DNA of 39,411 nt from Octopus bimaculoides (Eukaryota): the NCBI RefSeq assembly GCF_001194135.2, contig NC_068981.1:170973075-171012485 (forward strand), in the 5' to 3' direction. Each line of letters begins with the position of its first letter. Within the stretch, counting starts at the first letter, position 1. Shown one piece after another: positions 1 through 11,061 of the stretch. A program made the position numbers and the translations under genes. The notes below the pieces were generated by a model that was given only the letters and a program-made list of their open reading frames with translations, made no database searches and was not told the DNA's origin.

Positions 1-17
1 ATATATATATACGTACA

Positions 18-190
18 TATGAGCATTCCGTCGGTTACGGCGACAAGGGTCCAAGCTGATACGATCAACGGAACAGCTTGCTCGCGAAATTAGCGTGCAA
101 GTGGTTGAGCACTCTACAGACACTTGCAGACTTAAAGTAGTTCTCAGGAAGATTCACGGTGTCCCATTGAAATATGTATGTATATTTGTA
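18..190 (+). mobile_element. Interspersed repeat fragment, family unassigned
   Basis: GC-richer block starting GAGCATTCCGTCGGTTACGGCGACAAGGG after an (AT)n run. It resembles an abundant octopus dispersed repeat from memory only; no second copy in the window. Confidence 0.35.
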
Positions 191-469
191 TTATAGTATA
201 TTTCGGTTTTGCATCTGATCCTTTCGGAATCTGTAAAATACTGGTTGAATACTGAGTTGTAAAAAGGTTAAACAGAAAATTTGTTAAATTTTTTAGACAC
301 CATCACATGGCATATTCTAAAGTTTCATGGCACGGAAAAAATTCAAATATGAATTAGTATCAGATCGAGGCATTTAAATAAAATCGAACACACATATACA
401 AGTATGCGTGTTGTTAGTTCGTGGTTCTGCTACGGCTTTTAGGCGTAAAAGAATATGCTCTCTAAGCGC

Positions 470-878
470 CTGGCGTGCAAACATGATTATGTGGTTAAAA
501 AGCTTACTTCCCATATCATCTTGAGCTCCGTTCCAGACTGTGCGATCTTTGGTGTGTTCTAGTATAGCCTCGGTTCGATCAAATCTTTGTGAGGAGATTT
601 GGTGGCCGGAAACTGAAAGAAGCCCGTCGTGTATATGTTTGCGTGTGTGTGTTGTTTGTAATTATATGTGTGTGTACGTGTGTGTATGCGTGTTTTAGTG
701 TTTTTACCCTACTGCTGCTTGACAACTTGTGTTCTTACCTTTGACGTTCTGATAACTTAGTGGTTCGGCAAAAGAAGCATTAGATTAAGTAACAGGTTCG
801 ATTTGTTTCTATTGAACCCTTCTTGGCAGTACCTCAGCATAGCAACAGTCTAATGATTGAAACAAGTAAAAGATAAAA
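470..878 (+). mobile_element. tRNA-derived SINE, family A, diverged near-full-length copy
   Basis: Colinear with the reverse complement of the copies at 3149-3540 and 21491-21848. Shared blocks include GGAAACTGAAAGAAGCCCGTCG, a (TG)n linker, AACTTAGTGGTTCGGCAAAAG and the tail GATTGAAACAAGTAAAAGA. Confidence 0.85.
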
Positions 879-1599
879 TATAGAATGTGTGGGGGGGGGC
901 GTGTTTTTTCTCATCTGTGTAAGCTTTCGACTACGCTCGTACATATATTTCATCTAGAAACGATGAAATAATGTTTTGAAGAATCTCCGATTTGCTTAAC
1001 GTGCGTTCTCTTAATTATTTCTCAGTAGATGATTTATATTGCAATATTAATAACCTGTCCTGTCTTCTAAATACCCAATTAATCATAATCAGAGCTGAAA
1101 GGTATTTCTTTAAATATAAATTTCATCATTATAGAGTTGAAAATTTGTTTCATTTGAAATAAGGTCTGAAATGTTAATTAAAGTGGAAAACGACAAATAT
1201 ATAATAGATTACCTGTAATTCACATATTCATCTTCAATTTAACAAATTCATTTTGGCTTCTTTTGATCAATTGTAAAACAAAAAAATTGCTACCTTTTAT
1301 TTCAGTTTTACTTTCGATTAAATTGTACTCATGTAGTTAAAACTTTACTGCACCTTTACTAAGATTCGTCGAATGCTACCGTTTATATTGTAAGGTGGGG
1401 ACTAATCAAAGAAACGATGAAGTGTGCTTCTTATTCTAAGTTTGGATTTAGTAATGATAAGTTACAAGCTTGTTATCGGTTTGACGTATTATTTGATAAC
1501 CCGCACCACGAATTTTCATACAAACATATGCCTTGTAGGCTGCAGAATAATCTGTGCTTTTAATTCACCTAACGTCTATAACCAGATGACATTATTATT

Positions 1600-1969
1600 A
1601 TCTGCGCCTTAGTGAAGGCAGAGGTATTGTATTTAGTCTTGTTTGCTTGCTTTTTTGTCCATGGATAAGGTATCTCTAGAACCGCTAGATGGATTCAGAT
1701 GAAACTTTCAGAGTGTTTGGCCTCGTGACTAGCACGAACTATTTAGATTTAGGGATCCATCCGGTACCGGACAAGGACTCTGGATTATTTTCCCGATATA
1801 TTACTTACTTATTGAGAGCGGTCGGGTTCATTTTTAGTATTCTTGTTTGTGACAGCAGTCGAGTTTATTTCAGATATTCTCATTTTAGCAATTATCTCTG
1901 GCTTATCGTTGAGGGGACATTAGTATTGCCTTCCATAGAGGAGTTTTGCGCTCTCTGAGTGCGCTTGTT
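1600..1969 (-). mobile_element. Probable Helentron-associated (DINE-1/HINE-like) non-autonomous element
   Basis: Non-coding, with a hairpin at each end: GCGCTCTC-T-GAGTGCGC (1948-1964) beside an AACAAG start on the minus strand, and TCTGCGCCTT-AGTG-AAGGCAGA (1601-1622). It has an internal palindrome TCCGGTACCGGA and lies in ATT-rich flanks. The class call rests on architecture only. Confidence 0.5.
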
Positions 1970-1974
1970 ATTAT

Positions 1975-3148
1975 TGTTATTCTTTTCTCTTTATCACAAT
2001 TTTTTTCTTAGCTCCTGGAGTCTTGCATGCGTAGCGGGCTTACTACCTGCAGCCTACGGACCATGCTATTCGTTCTTTTCATACTTTCCTGATTATTCTA
2101 GCCGTGCCAATGAGGCAAACCTTTTGTAACAGTTCTACTGGGCACTCTATTCCAATTTCCTTTATATTCCGCTTGCTCCCTGCTGATACTGTTCCCAAAG
2201 ACCCAACTATAATTAGCACTATCTTCATATTTTGCATTTTCCATAACCGGGCTATTTCGTACATAAGAGGGTTGTATCAATCTACCTTTTCGTCTTCCTT
2301 CTCGTCTATTCGTGGGTCAAAGGAGCAAGCAACGTCAACTATATAACATATGTGGTGCACCTTGTCCAACACCACTAGGTCCGGTCTGTTATGTTCTAGC
2401 AGCTGAACTTGTCCAACTTCAGAATTTTTAAACGTCAGACCTAAGTAGCTGAATTTGGTGGAGAATACGCTCTTGCCAAGTAGACTTTTGTGGGAACTCT
2501 GTCGATTTCTAATTTTTTCACCACATAGAATCGTTGAGACCTTCTCGAATGCATAGTACAGGCGGTTGAGATCTGTCAATGGCGCTTGAGATAATGTCAA
2601 CATCATTAGCTGAAATTATATCCTTAAGTGTAAGAGAGATTTTACTAATTACTTTCAGGTTTTGTTTAGAATTGTGAACTTTTGGGAGAGTATCACGTTC
2701 GTTCATACTGGTTCCTTAAATATTCAGCTATTCAATCATGACTTGATTTTTTAGATCATCTAGTTCAGTTGAGTGAATTTCTGTGTGACTTTCCTCATCA
2801 ATTTGATTTTCATCTGCTTTCGTGTTTATAGTTGGTTCAGAGAGTATTTCACTTTACTTATCAGTTACATTAACTCTTTCCATCATTACTGCATTTTCAT
2901 TAGACCTAGGCTGGTCTATAATTATTTCCTCAGTAGTACATTCATTAGCTGCAAATTCGTTCCTTTTATCCCTTACTGATTGTTTAATTTGGTCAACCTC
3001 TAATTCAGTTAGTAATTTCTTTTTCATAATGTTTCTTCTGACGTTGGCAAGTTTGTTACTGTCTATGTAGGATCTTACTTCAAGGTGATTCTCTCTCCAG
3101 TTTAGGTAGGTTTATTCAATATTAGATTTATTTATATGACCAGTTTTT
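1975..3148 (-). mobile_element. Dong/R4-like non-LTR retrotransposon, internally deleted (N-terminal region joined to RLE domain, no RT)
   Basis: Minus-strand translation gives N-terminal-type motifs (YIDSNKLANVRRNIMKKKLLTELEVDQIK; TDLNRLYYA; TWQERILHQIQLLRSD). At about 2410 it jumps to the RLE: LEHNRPDLVVLDK..CYIVDVAC..EKEDEKVD*YNPLMYEIARLW..IVGSLGTV..LLQKVCLIGTARIIRKV. ORFs 2277-2606 and 2079-2264 are in frame across one stop. Confidence 0.85.
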
Positions 3149-3540
3149 GTTACTCTTTTACTTGTTTCAGTCATTTGACTGCTGCTATGCTGCAGCACCA
3201 CTTTTAGTCGAGCAAATCGAACCAGGACTTATTCTTTGTAAACCTAGAACTTATTCTATCGGTTTCTTATGCCGAACTGCTAAGTTACGGGGACGTAAAC
3301 ACACCAGCATTGGTTGTCAAGTGATATTGGGGAGTCAAACACAGACACACAAACATACACATATACTTATATATACGACGGGATTTTTTCAGTTTCCGTC
3401 TACCAAATCCACTCACAAGGCTTTGGTCGGCCCGAGGATATAGCAGAAGACACTTACTCAAGGTGCCACGCAGTGTGACTGAACCCGGAACCATGTGGCT
3501 GGTAAGCAAGCTACTTACCACACAGCCACTCCTGCGCCTC
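3149..3540 (-). mobile_element. tRNA-derived SINE, family A, full length, nested in the Dong/R4 element
   Basis: Head AGGCGCAGGAGTGGCTGTGTGG (A-box-like) and GGGTTCAGTCAC (B-box-like); tail ACTGAAACAAGTAAAAGAG. Flanked by 28-bp direct repeats at 3120-3147 and 3545-3572 with 3 mismatches. Confidence 0.9.
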
Positions 3541-3956
3541 ACAGTATTAGGTTTATTTATTTGACCATTTTTCATTCTTTTTCTTTTGATTTTTTGATGA
3601 TGAGCGTGGATGTCCATCTCTTGGAATATTCCGGTTGTGGAGTACTTCCAGCTCCTGTGTTTCGGAAAGATTTGAAGCAGCAGCTGATTTTTCACCCTCT
3701 GTCTAGTTCCTCACTGTGGTGCACGCCTCTTGTTGAGTGGGTGACGGCCGACTCGGTGTGTATTTTGCTTTGTTATTATTGAGGTATGACGAGCTTGCGA
3801 GTCGATATTAGGGGACGGATCTGTTCTTTTAGGGTTTTTTTTTTTTAGGCAACACCACCTCTGAGTTCTCTCATTGCTCGTAACGTAGCTTCTTAAGTTT
3901 AACAGATCTGTATTCGTCTGTATTTTTTTGTTAACAGATTTATCACCGGGCATTTT

Positions 3957-3958
<2 letters not shown>
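3541..3958 (-). mobile_element. 5' part of the Dong/R4-like element, upstream of the SINE insertion
   Basis: Continues the 1975-3148 element across the SINE target duplication. It has a VGRHPL motif and a K-W-S motif, as I recall for Dong/R4 N-termini. Confidence 0.6.

Positions 3959-4002
<44 letters not shown>
3959..4002. repeat. (TG)n microsatellite
   Basis: Direct observation. Confidence 0.98.
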
Positions 4003-4003
<1 letters not shown>

Positions 4004-4305
4004 TGTTTTTAATCTTATGAATTGTTCGCTCAGTCTGTGTTAGTTCGAAAAGAAAGTTGTTTTTTTTGCTTCGTTTGTGACACGTGCTTTCATATGCGTG
4101 TATGTGTCCGGTAAATTTCACGTAGTTTTGTAAACATTGGGTTATATGCATAGTTTTATGCATATTAAAATGTATGATTGCATAGACATTTGAGTGTCTT
4201 CCACAATTTCCTTTATCCGATTCCATTAAATTAGATTTGTTCTTGTATGGAGAGCACATCTATGTTGCTATTCAGCGCGGAGCTCTTACCTTATCTTGTC
4301 TTATC

Positions 4306-4409
<104 letters not shown>

Positions 4410-4774
4410 TAATGTCTTTTCACAGCTTCTAACGCTGGAGATGTACTACGGTGCCAGCTCTTCACTACCAGTGAACTATGGTAGCACCCCTTATTTTTCG
4501 AGCACCATCCGGAGTATTTGATCAGTTCCAAGCATCCTTATTGTAGACCCTATTTGTTCCATGTACTTCTCAAGAGTTTTACTCACTGTTCCCAGGACAC
4601 CGACAATTATTGGTACTACTACTATCTTTTTCATCGACCACAACTCCTTAACCTCCCAAGTTAACCTGCCATATCTATCGACTTTTCTTTCTTCCTTATT
4701 GCATACCTTGTTGTCAGCGGACCATGCTATATCTATGATCCGACATCGTTTGCTTTCTTTCTCAATTATCACTT
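4410..4774 (-). mobile_element. Dong/R4-like retrotransposon, 5'-truncated 3' end (RLE plus 3' UTR)
   Basis: ORF 4491-4772 reads CRIIDIAW..NKEERKVDRYGRLTWEVKELW..VVPIIVGVLGTVSKTLEKY..ILRMVLEK, the RLE C-terminus. It is bounded by (AAT)n upstream and (AAC)n(AAT)n downstream in its own orientation. Confidence 0.88.
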
Positions 4775-4803
4775 TTATTATTATTACTATTATTATTATT
4801 ATG

Positions 4804-4845
<42 letters not shown>

Positions 4846-4846
4846 T
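4775..4846. repeat. (ATT)n microsatellite
   Basis: Direct observation. Confidence 0.97.
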
Positions 4847-6060
4847 AGCAGAAGCAACAGAATGTCATAAGTCTCAAAAGTTCCGTGCGTAATATATCAT
4901 GAACTTGTTTTAAGGAAAATCCACCCGAGTTCTCTGCAAATTATATACCACTCTCAGCTCCAGTCCTCTCTATTTACTTTACTAAACATGAACTCTGATA
5001 TTTCATGATAAACTTAACTTATCTTTTTACAGATCAACTACTCGTGTGCATATATTAGTGAGAGAACAGTGCATACTTTCGTTTACATATAAGAGGAATA
5101 ATCGTGTTCAGAAAGGGAATTTATGAAAATATTTGTCTAGATGGTTAGCACAAGGAACTTTCTAATATGCATTTACTCATTGGTATCCATTGATATTTTT
5201 TCTATTCTTAATAAATAATTATTTTTTGTATAATTGTGATATCTTGTTTAACTCCGTCTCAGCTCAAGTGCTAGAAATATATTCATGGACTGCAGCTATA
5301 ATAATAATACCTTACAGTAATGTCGAGAACTACATTATCCAATATCTATATTGCTTTATTTATTCTCACTCTGGAATTTGATTTGAAGAGGACATATCTG
5401 ATATTTGTATCGTATCGAGCCATCATGTAACTGAAGCTAGAAATTTAAATAAATCAATTAAACATAATTTAATTGATTTAATATGCTTCACACCTGCACA
5501 TGACGAAAATCGAAGAATAATGAAAAAAGAAATTCCGAGTGAAAAATATAGAAAGTATACAGACTAAATTTGTTAATCCCGTTTGTGAAGATTTAGTGAT
5601 GTTAGACGAAGCAAGAGAGAAAGTACTATGCAAACGTAGAAGTGACACGTGAGAGAATATTTAAAATAAAGTATTTAAATATAGTAAGAAAAAGCTCCAA
5701 ATGTTCATGAATCTATTAAGATAAAAGGATCAACAGATTTCAAACATACGAGCCAAAATGATTTGTGTGTGTTGGTACATATTGTGTGTGTTGGTACACA
5801 CACAATATGTACAAGCTGTTTACACTGTGAGTGAGTGAGTGTGTTTAACAGTCAGTCACAAGCATATATGTTATCGTACTGTTGCCCACAGTACGTGTGC
5901 ACACCAATATGGCAACCTTTAGCGTGTCCACGCTATTTGCAGTCAAATACTCTTTATACTAATTAAGATGTTTTTTTCTTACGGGTCAAATCGGACCCTG
6001 ACTCTTCGCCTGCCGTTGAAGATATTACTTCTTCGTCATATACTCCATCTTTAGCCTCCT

Positions 6061-6067
6061 CCCTCTC

Positions 6068-6130
<63 letters not shown>
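6061..6130. repeat. (CT)n microsatellite, imperfect
   Basis: Direct observation. Confidence 0.95.
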
Positions 6131-6282
6131 ATGTATCTATCTATTTATCTATCTATATATAAATTCGTTTATCTATGTTTCATTACTGCGAAATTCTTTG
6201 ACTACACAGATATAGAGAATGCATGAACTAGTATGCCATTGTGCTTTTTAAGTATTTCGAAAAGCTGGTGAAACAAAGCATT

Positions 6283-6283
<1 letters not shown>

Positions 6284-6330
<47 letters not shown>
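6284..6330. repeat. (AC)n microsatellite
   Basis: Direct observation. Confidence 0.97.
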
Positions 6331-6333
<3 letters not shown>

Positions 6334-6432
6334 TTGCGCACCAACATACACACAAAAATTTGCCGAGAAATTCTTAAAACGCATTTTTAACCGGAATAAA
6401 AATTGTTGTCTATAGATAATATGAATTTTATC

Positions 6433-6623
6433 ACGTCAGGAAAGAATCCTTAGCGGCATTTAGTTCGTCATTACGTCCTGAGTTCAAATTCCACAGAAGT
6501 TGACTTAGTCTTTTCTCCTTTCGAAGTCTATAAAATAAATACCAATTGAGTACTGGGTTTGATCTAATCTACTTATACCCATACCCAAAATTGCTAGTTT
6601 CGTCCCAAAATGTGAGACCAATA
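6433..6623 (+). mobile_element. tRNA-derived SINE, family B, copy 1 of a tandem trio (5'-truncated)
   Basis: GAGTTCAAATTCC B-box-like, core CTCCTTTCGAAGTCTATAAAATAAATACCAATTGAGTACTGGG; colinear with the next two copies. Confidence 0.8.
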
Positions 6624-6640
6624 TATCTTCTGAATTCATA

Positions 6641-6880
6641 GTGGTGAACTTGCTAAAAGGCGGCGAGCTGGAAGAAAGACGGTGAGCTGGCAGAATCGTC
6701 AGCACGCCGGGCAAAATGATTTGCTGCATTTTTTCCGTCTTTACATTCTATGTTCAATTTCCGACGACGTCGGCTTTGCTTTTCGTCCTTTCGGGGTCGA
6801 TAAAGTAAGTACCATTTGAGTACTGATGTGGTTATAATCTCCAGAAATTTCTGAACTTATGCCAAAATTGGAAGTCAAAT
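6641..6880 (+). mobile_element. tRNA-derived SINE, family B, copy 2 (with reiterated head)
   Basis: The head GGCGGCGAGCTGG(C/A)AGAA occurs twice, plus a degenerate third start at about 6641. Core CCTTTCGGGGTCGATAAAGTAAGTACC. Confidence 0.85.
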
Positions 6881-6893
6881 TATCTTCTGGATT

Positions 6894-7107
6894 TAAGATG
6901 GCGAACTGACTGAATCGTTATCGCAGCCGGCAAAATGCTTAGCAGCATTTCGTCTGCCTTTATGTTCAAAATCCGCCAAGGTTGACTTTGCCTGTCATTC
7001 CTTGCAGGATCGATTAAATAAGTACCAATTGAGCACTGCGGGACCGTGTAATTGACTTGCCCCCTTCTATGAAATTGCTGGCCTTGTGCCAAAATTGAAA
7101 ACTTACA
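6894..7107 (+). mobile_element. tRNA-derived SINE, family B, copy 3
   Basis: AAGATGGCGAACTGACTGAATCGTTA head, GTTGACTTTGCC..GATCGATTAAATAAGTACC core, GGCCTTGTGCCAAAATTGAAA tail. Confidence 0.85.
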
Positions 7108-7669
7108 TATCGTCTGAATTTTCTTGCAGAAATGTTTTCTTGCATCATTTTTACTCCTTCAATAACTCAAATTTTAGAACACGGTAAGTGGTACTTAAAT
7201 TATTTTAAAATGAATTCTCTTTCACCGCAGTTTGCTTTCTTGGTCAACTTTTACTATTACATGGAAATATACATGAAGACAACATCATATACTTTTCGGA
7301 AATTCTCTCATCGGACCTATTTAATCTCAAATGTATTTTTATGAATTCAGAGAATAACTGGCTGAAATTGAAGAGATAAATGTTGATATGTACATATATA
7401 TTACATACATATGATAAGGGATGACCACTAACTGGACATCCATTATGCTAAAGATATAACATCTACGGTCAAACCACGAAAGAAAAGAATGTTCTCTAGG
7501 GAAATTTAGCGCACACCAGAACATGAACGGGCAAGACAACTTAGTGGTCATCCCTTCTCATATGTATGTAATATAATTTTTCTGAATTTTCAGAATTTTC
7601 TTTATGCTAGGCCACTGGTTTTAAGTTGGCTTTAATTAAATTAATATCCAATTTATCACCCATATCATT

Positions 7670-7678
<9 letters not shown>

Positions 7679-7710
<32 letters not shown>
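7679..7710. repeat. (TG)n microsatellite
   Basis: Direct observation. Confidence 0.97.
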
Positions 7711-7713
<3 letters not shown>

Positions 7714-7756
7714 ACCATCAATGCTATCTGTAAGTGCCTCTAATATAATAATCTTT

Positions 7757-7955
7757 TTGCTATAGGCACAAATCTTAAAATTAGGTGGCAGAGTGTTAAG
7801 ACTATTAGATTGACATTCGTGTTCAATTCACACGGTACTACCGACCCCAAAAGAGTAAATGGCAAAGTTGATTTCGTGACATTTGAAACCAGAACTTAAA
7901 TTTGGAAGACATTCCGCTAAGCATTATGTCCAACATGCTAACGATTCTGCCAGCT
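7757..7955 (-). mobile_element. tRNA-derived SINE, family B, diverged, inverted relative to the trio
   Basis: Reverse complement begins AGCTGGCAGAATCGTTAGCATG..ATGCTTAGCGG and contains CTTTGCCATTTACTCTTTTGGGGTCGGTAGTACC. Confidence 0.75.
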
Positions 7956-9162
7956 AACAGAATGTCCTCTTACGTGTATCACTCTAATCGAACTTTTATT
8001 CAAATGTTGCCCAATCACCATCCATTAAATAGATAGCTGCAATGATACCACAAGTATATATATTCCCATTCCCTTGTAGGAAAACGCAAAACTACGTATC
8101 TCAAGCGATCACACAACTCTCAAATGTTTGCTATTACACTTTAAAAGGTATGCATCTGTAATAATTATCCTTCTTTTCAATGATTAATTTCCGTCACGAT
8201 AATAGGTATTTATTAATTTATCTTTTTTTTATGTTCAGCAGTACATTAAATACAAAGCCATCTGTTAGAACATGATAGAATTGGGGATTCGAGCCTTGCA
8301 TAACTTGCTATTTTATGTTTCGGTAAGAGTTAATAGAAATGAACGGACGTTATCAAATATTTGAAACCATTCGGGAATTCAGCTTTCTTATATTGCAACT
8401 ATTTTACACAATATGAGTATAATTGCAAATGATTTTCTGTGCATTTTTCCCATATAAAATAATCTGCAATCAGCCACTAATTATTTTTGCATCCATTTAA
8501 TGTTAATTGATACTTTAGATTATATTATGTGCAATGTTTTTCTAAATTATTAAACGAACTAAGTAATAGCCTTCAGTTTGCTATTGGTATTACTATTTGA
8601 TCTAAACTCCCAATCAGTATCTTTGGTCATTACTGAATAATCTTTCAGGTGATAAAAATCCTCGACGTTAGGATAGACAACAATAGTGACTTAGACTTCT
8701 TAGAGACTTAGATATTGTGAAACAGAATGATTCCGTTGCGTGTTGGATTCAATTTATTCAGCAACAAAAGAATTGGACATCTAACAAAAGTTAAGATTAA
8801 AGACAATTTCTATTTATCATAATCATTTATGTAAACAGTAAACAAAATCCACAAGTTATATCGTTTAGAAATTCTACGTACAGAGGTCTCGAAAAGTAAG
8901 TAAGGAAATGTCTCTATCAATTTCTTACAAAAGCAAAATTCTACCAAATTGCATCGTGTATAATTGATTATTTCGGCTACATTAATTTATTGCTTCCTTA
9001 TTCTATAGATCCCGTTGGTGTGGCAATCAAAGGCTCCACCGTTTGGAATCGAACTCGGTATTGTAAAGAAACGAAGTATGATTTCGGGTAACGCTGCACT
9101 TGTTCTCCCAATCTATCAGCTTTCGAGAAGTAAAATTCATATTACAACGTTACCAACTCCCA

Positions 9163-9313
9163 AGTCGGTTTCCGTCTAACAAATCCGCTCACAAAGGTTC
9201 GGTTGGCCCGGGGTTATAATAGGAGACACTTGGTGAGAGTGCTACCCAGTGGGACTGAACGTTGCATCATTTGGTTTCAAAGCAAATTTATAACTACGCA
9301 GCCTCACTTGCGC
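9163..9313 (-). mobile_element. SINE family A, 5' half
   Basis: Matches the head half of the 3149-3540 copy (GTTTCCGTCT..AAATCC.CTCACAA..GGCCCG.GG..ACACTTG..CAGTGGGACTGAAC). Confidence 0.75.
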
Positions 9314-9893
9314 TTATGTGTGTGTGTATATATATATATATATTCATCTATTCTATGTACAATGTTTATACAATTTATTATATGTTCAATTTAAATTCAC
9401 TTAATAATATGAAAAATCTCAACAAAAAAAATTACCCCAAAAGAAATTAACATGAGTTAACGATATACTGTAACAATTATAATGCAACAAATAACTAAAT
9501 ATTCTGTACATGCAGCCCCATAAAACTTAAATTCCGGTCCGTTATCAAGACATTTCAAAAAACAGTAAATATTACGCAAAGTCATTTTAAAAAGATATAT
9601 TTAACAAACGATTATCTCAACAAAATATTTATAAAACACTGTTATCTGCGAAAGAGAAACAATTGATTTATGGTTCCCTGGTTTTAAATCTTATTCTTGT
9701 CGTCTTTGAGGATGTTATCTGTTATCAGTAGCGAGAACTGGAGTCAGCGAAAGACTTCAAAATCTGAGTGTTAGCATTTAATCTTATTCGTGGCCGTATG
9801 TATTTTAATGATATTTCCAATGGAGGACGGTAGGGGGTCTATGATTTTTATAAAATCTCCAAGATTAGTTAGAAATCGGAGAGGGAAGTAGTG

Positions 9894-9990
9894 GAAGAAG
9901 AAGAAGAAGAAGAAGAAGAAGAAGAAGAAGAAGAAGAAGAAGAAGAAGAAGAAGAAGAAGAAGAAGAAGAAGAAGAAGAAGAAGAAGAAG

Positions 9991-10021
<31 letters not shown>

Positions 10022-10061
10022 CCAACAACAACAACACTAACAACAATAACAAAAACAACAA
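9894..10061. repeat. Compound (GAA)n(AAC)n microsatellite
   Basis: Direct observation. Confidence 0.97.
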
Positions 10062-10514
10062 TAATTCGTTATACTTGAGATGCTGTTAGCCGCTATTTCG
10101 ATGCCAGCTAGTCTTCCACATTGAAATGAATGATTTTGGAAGTGTCATCCAGCAAACATTGCAACCGATCTTAATATCGTCCTTGATAAAAACATGAAGC
10201 CCACACCGTATCAGCTAACTTGCCAAATATTGATAGATCTATGATTTCGAACGGATTTAAACAGATCACATTATGAAGGCGATGTACGAGCCAATAGCCA
10301 TTTATTGAAAATTAAACTTCCGAAGTCCAGTTCCAATTCACTGTTGAAACTAATTTGCATTATTACAATTTATTTAGGCGGTAAATAACCAGCACTGAAA
10401 GTAGCCTCAAGCAGTTGTTTGGGTGTTACAAAAGAAAATTAAAAACAGTAATGGCAAACTGACCCAAAAGACCAAAGAGCGAAGACACAATTTAAAAGAA
10501 TTCAGATTGTGCCC

Positions 10515-10731
10515 ATTCTTTTACTTGTTTCAGTCATTACGCTGCAAGCCATCATGGGGCACCAGCCTTGAATTCTTAGTCAAGTGGATCAAACCCAGTA
10601 CTTGGTTTTTTTTTAAAGCCAGGTACTTATTCAATCGGTTCGTTTTTGCCGAACCACTAGGTCACGGGAATGCAATCACACCAACATCGGTTGTCGACTT
10701 TTGGAGAGGGGAGCAAACACAGACACAAAGA

Positions 10732-10764
<33 letters not shown>

Positions 10765-11057
10765 NNNNNNNNNNNNNNNNNNNNNNNNNNNNNNNNNNNN
10801 NNNNNNNNNNNNNNNNNNNNNNNNNNNNNNNNNNNNNNNNNNNNNNNNNNNNNNNNNNNNNNNNNNNNNNNNNNNNNNNNNNNNNNNNNNNNNNNNNNNN
10901 NNNNNNNNNNNNNNNNNNNNNNNNNNNNNNNNNNNNNNNNNNNNNNNNATATATATATATATATACATACATATATATATATATGTACGATAGGCTTCTT
11001 TCAGTTTCTATTTACCAAATTTACTCACAAATTTACTACACAGCCACGCCTGCGCCT
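10515..11057 (-). mobile_element. SINE family A with assembly gap in the linker and an internal deletion that removes the B-box region
   Basis: Head AGGCGCAGGCGTGGCTGTG at 11057-11039 is followed almost directly by TTGTGAGTAAATTTGGTAAATAGAAACTGAAAGAAGCC; roughly 90 nt present in the 3149-3540 copy are missing. The 3' half (10515-10735) matches the family tail. Confidence 0.85.
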
Positions 11058-11061
11058 ATTT

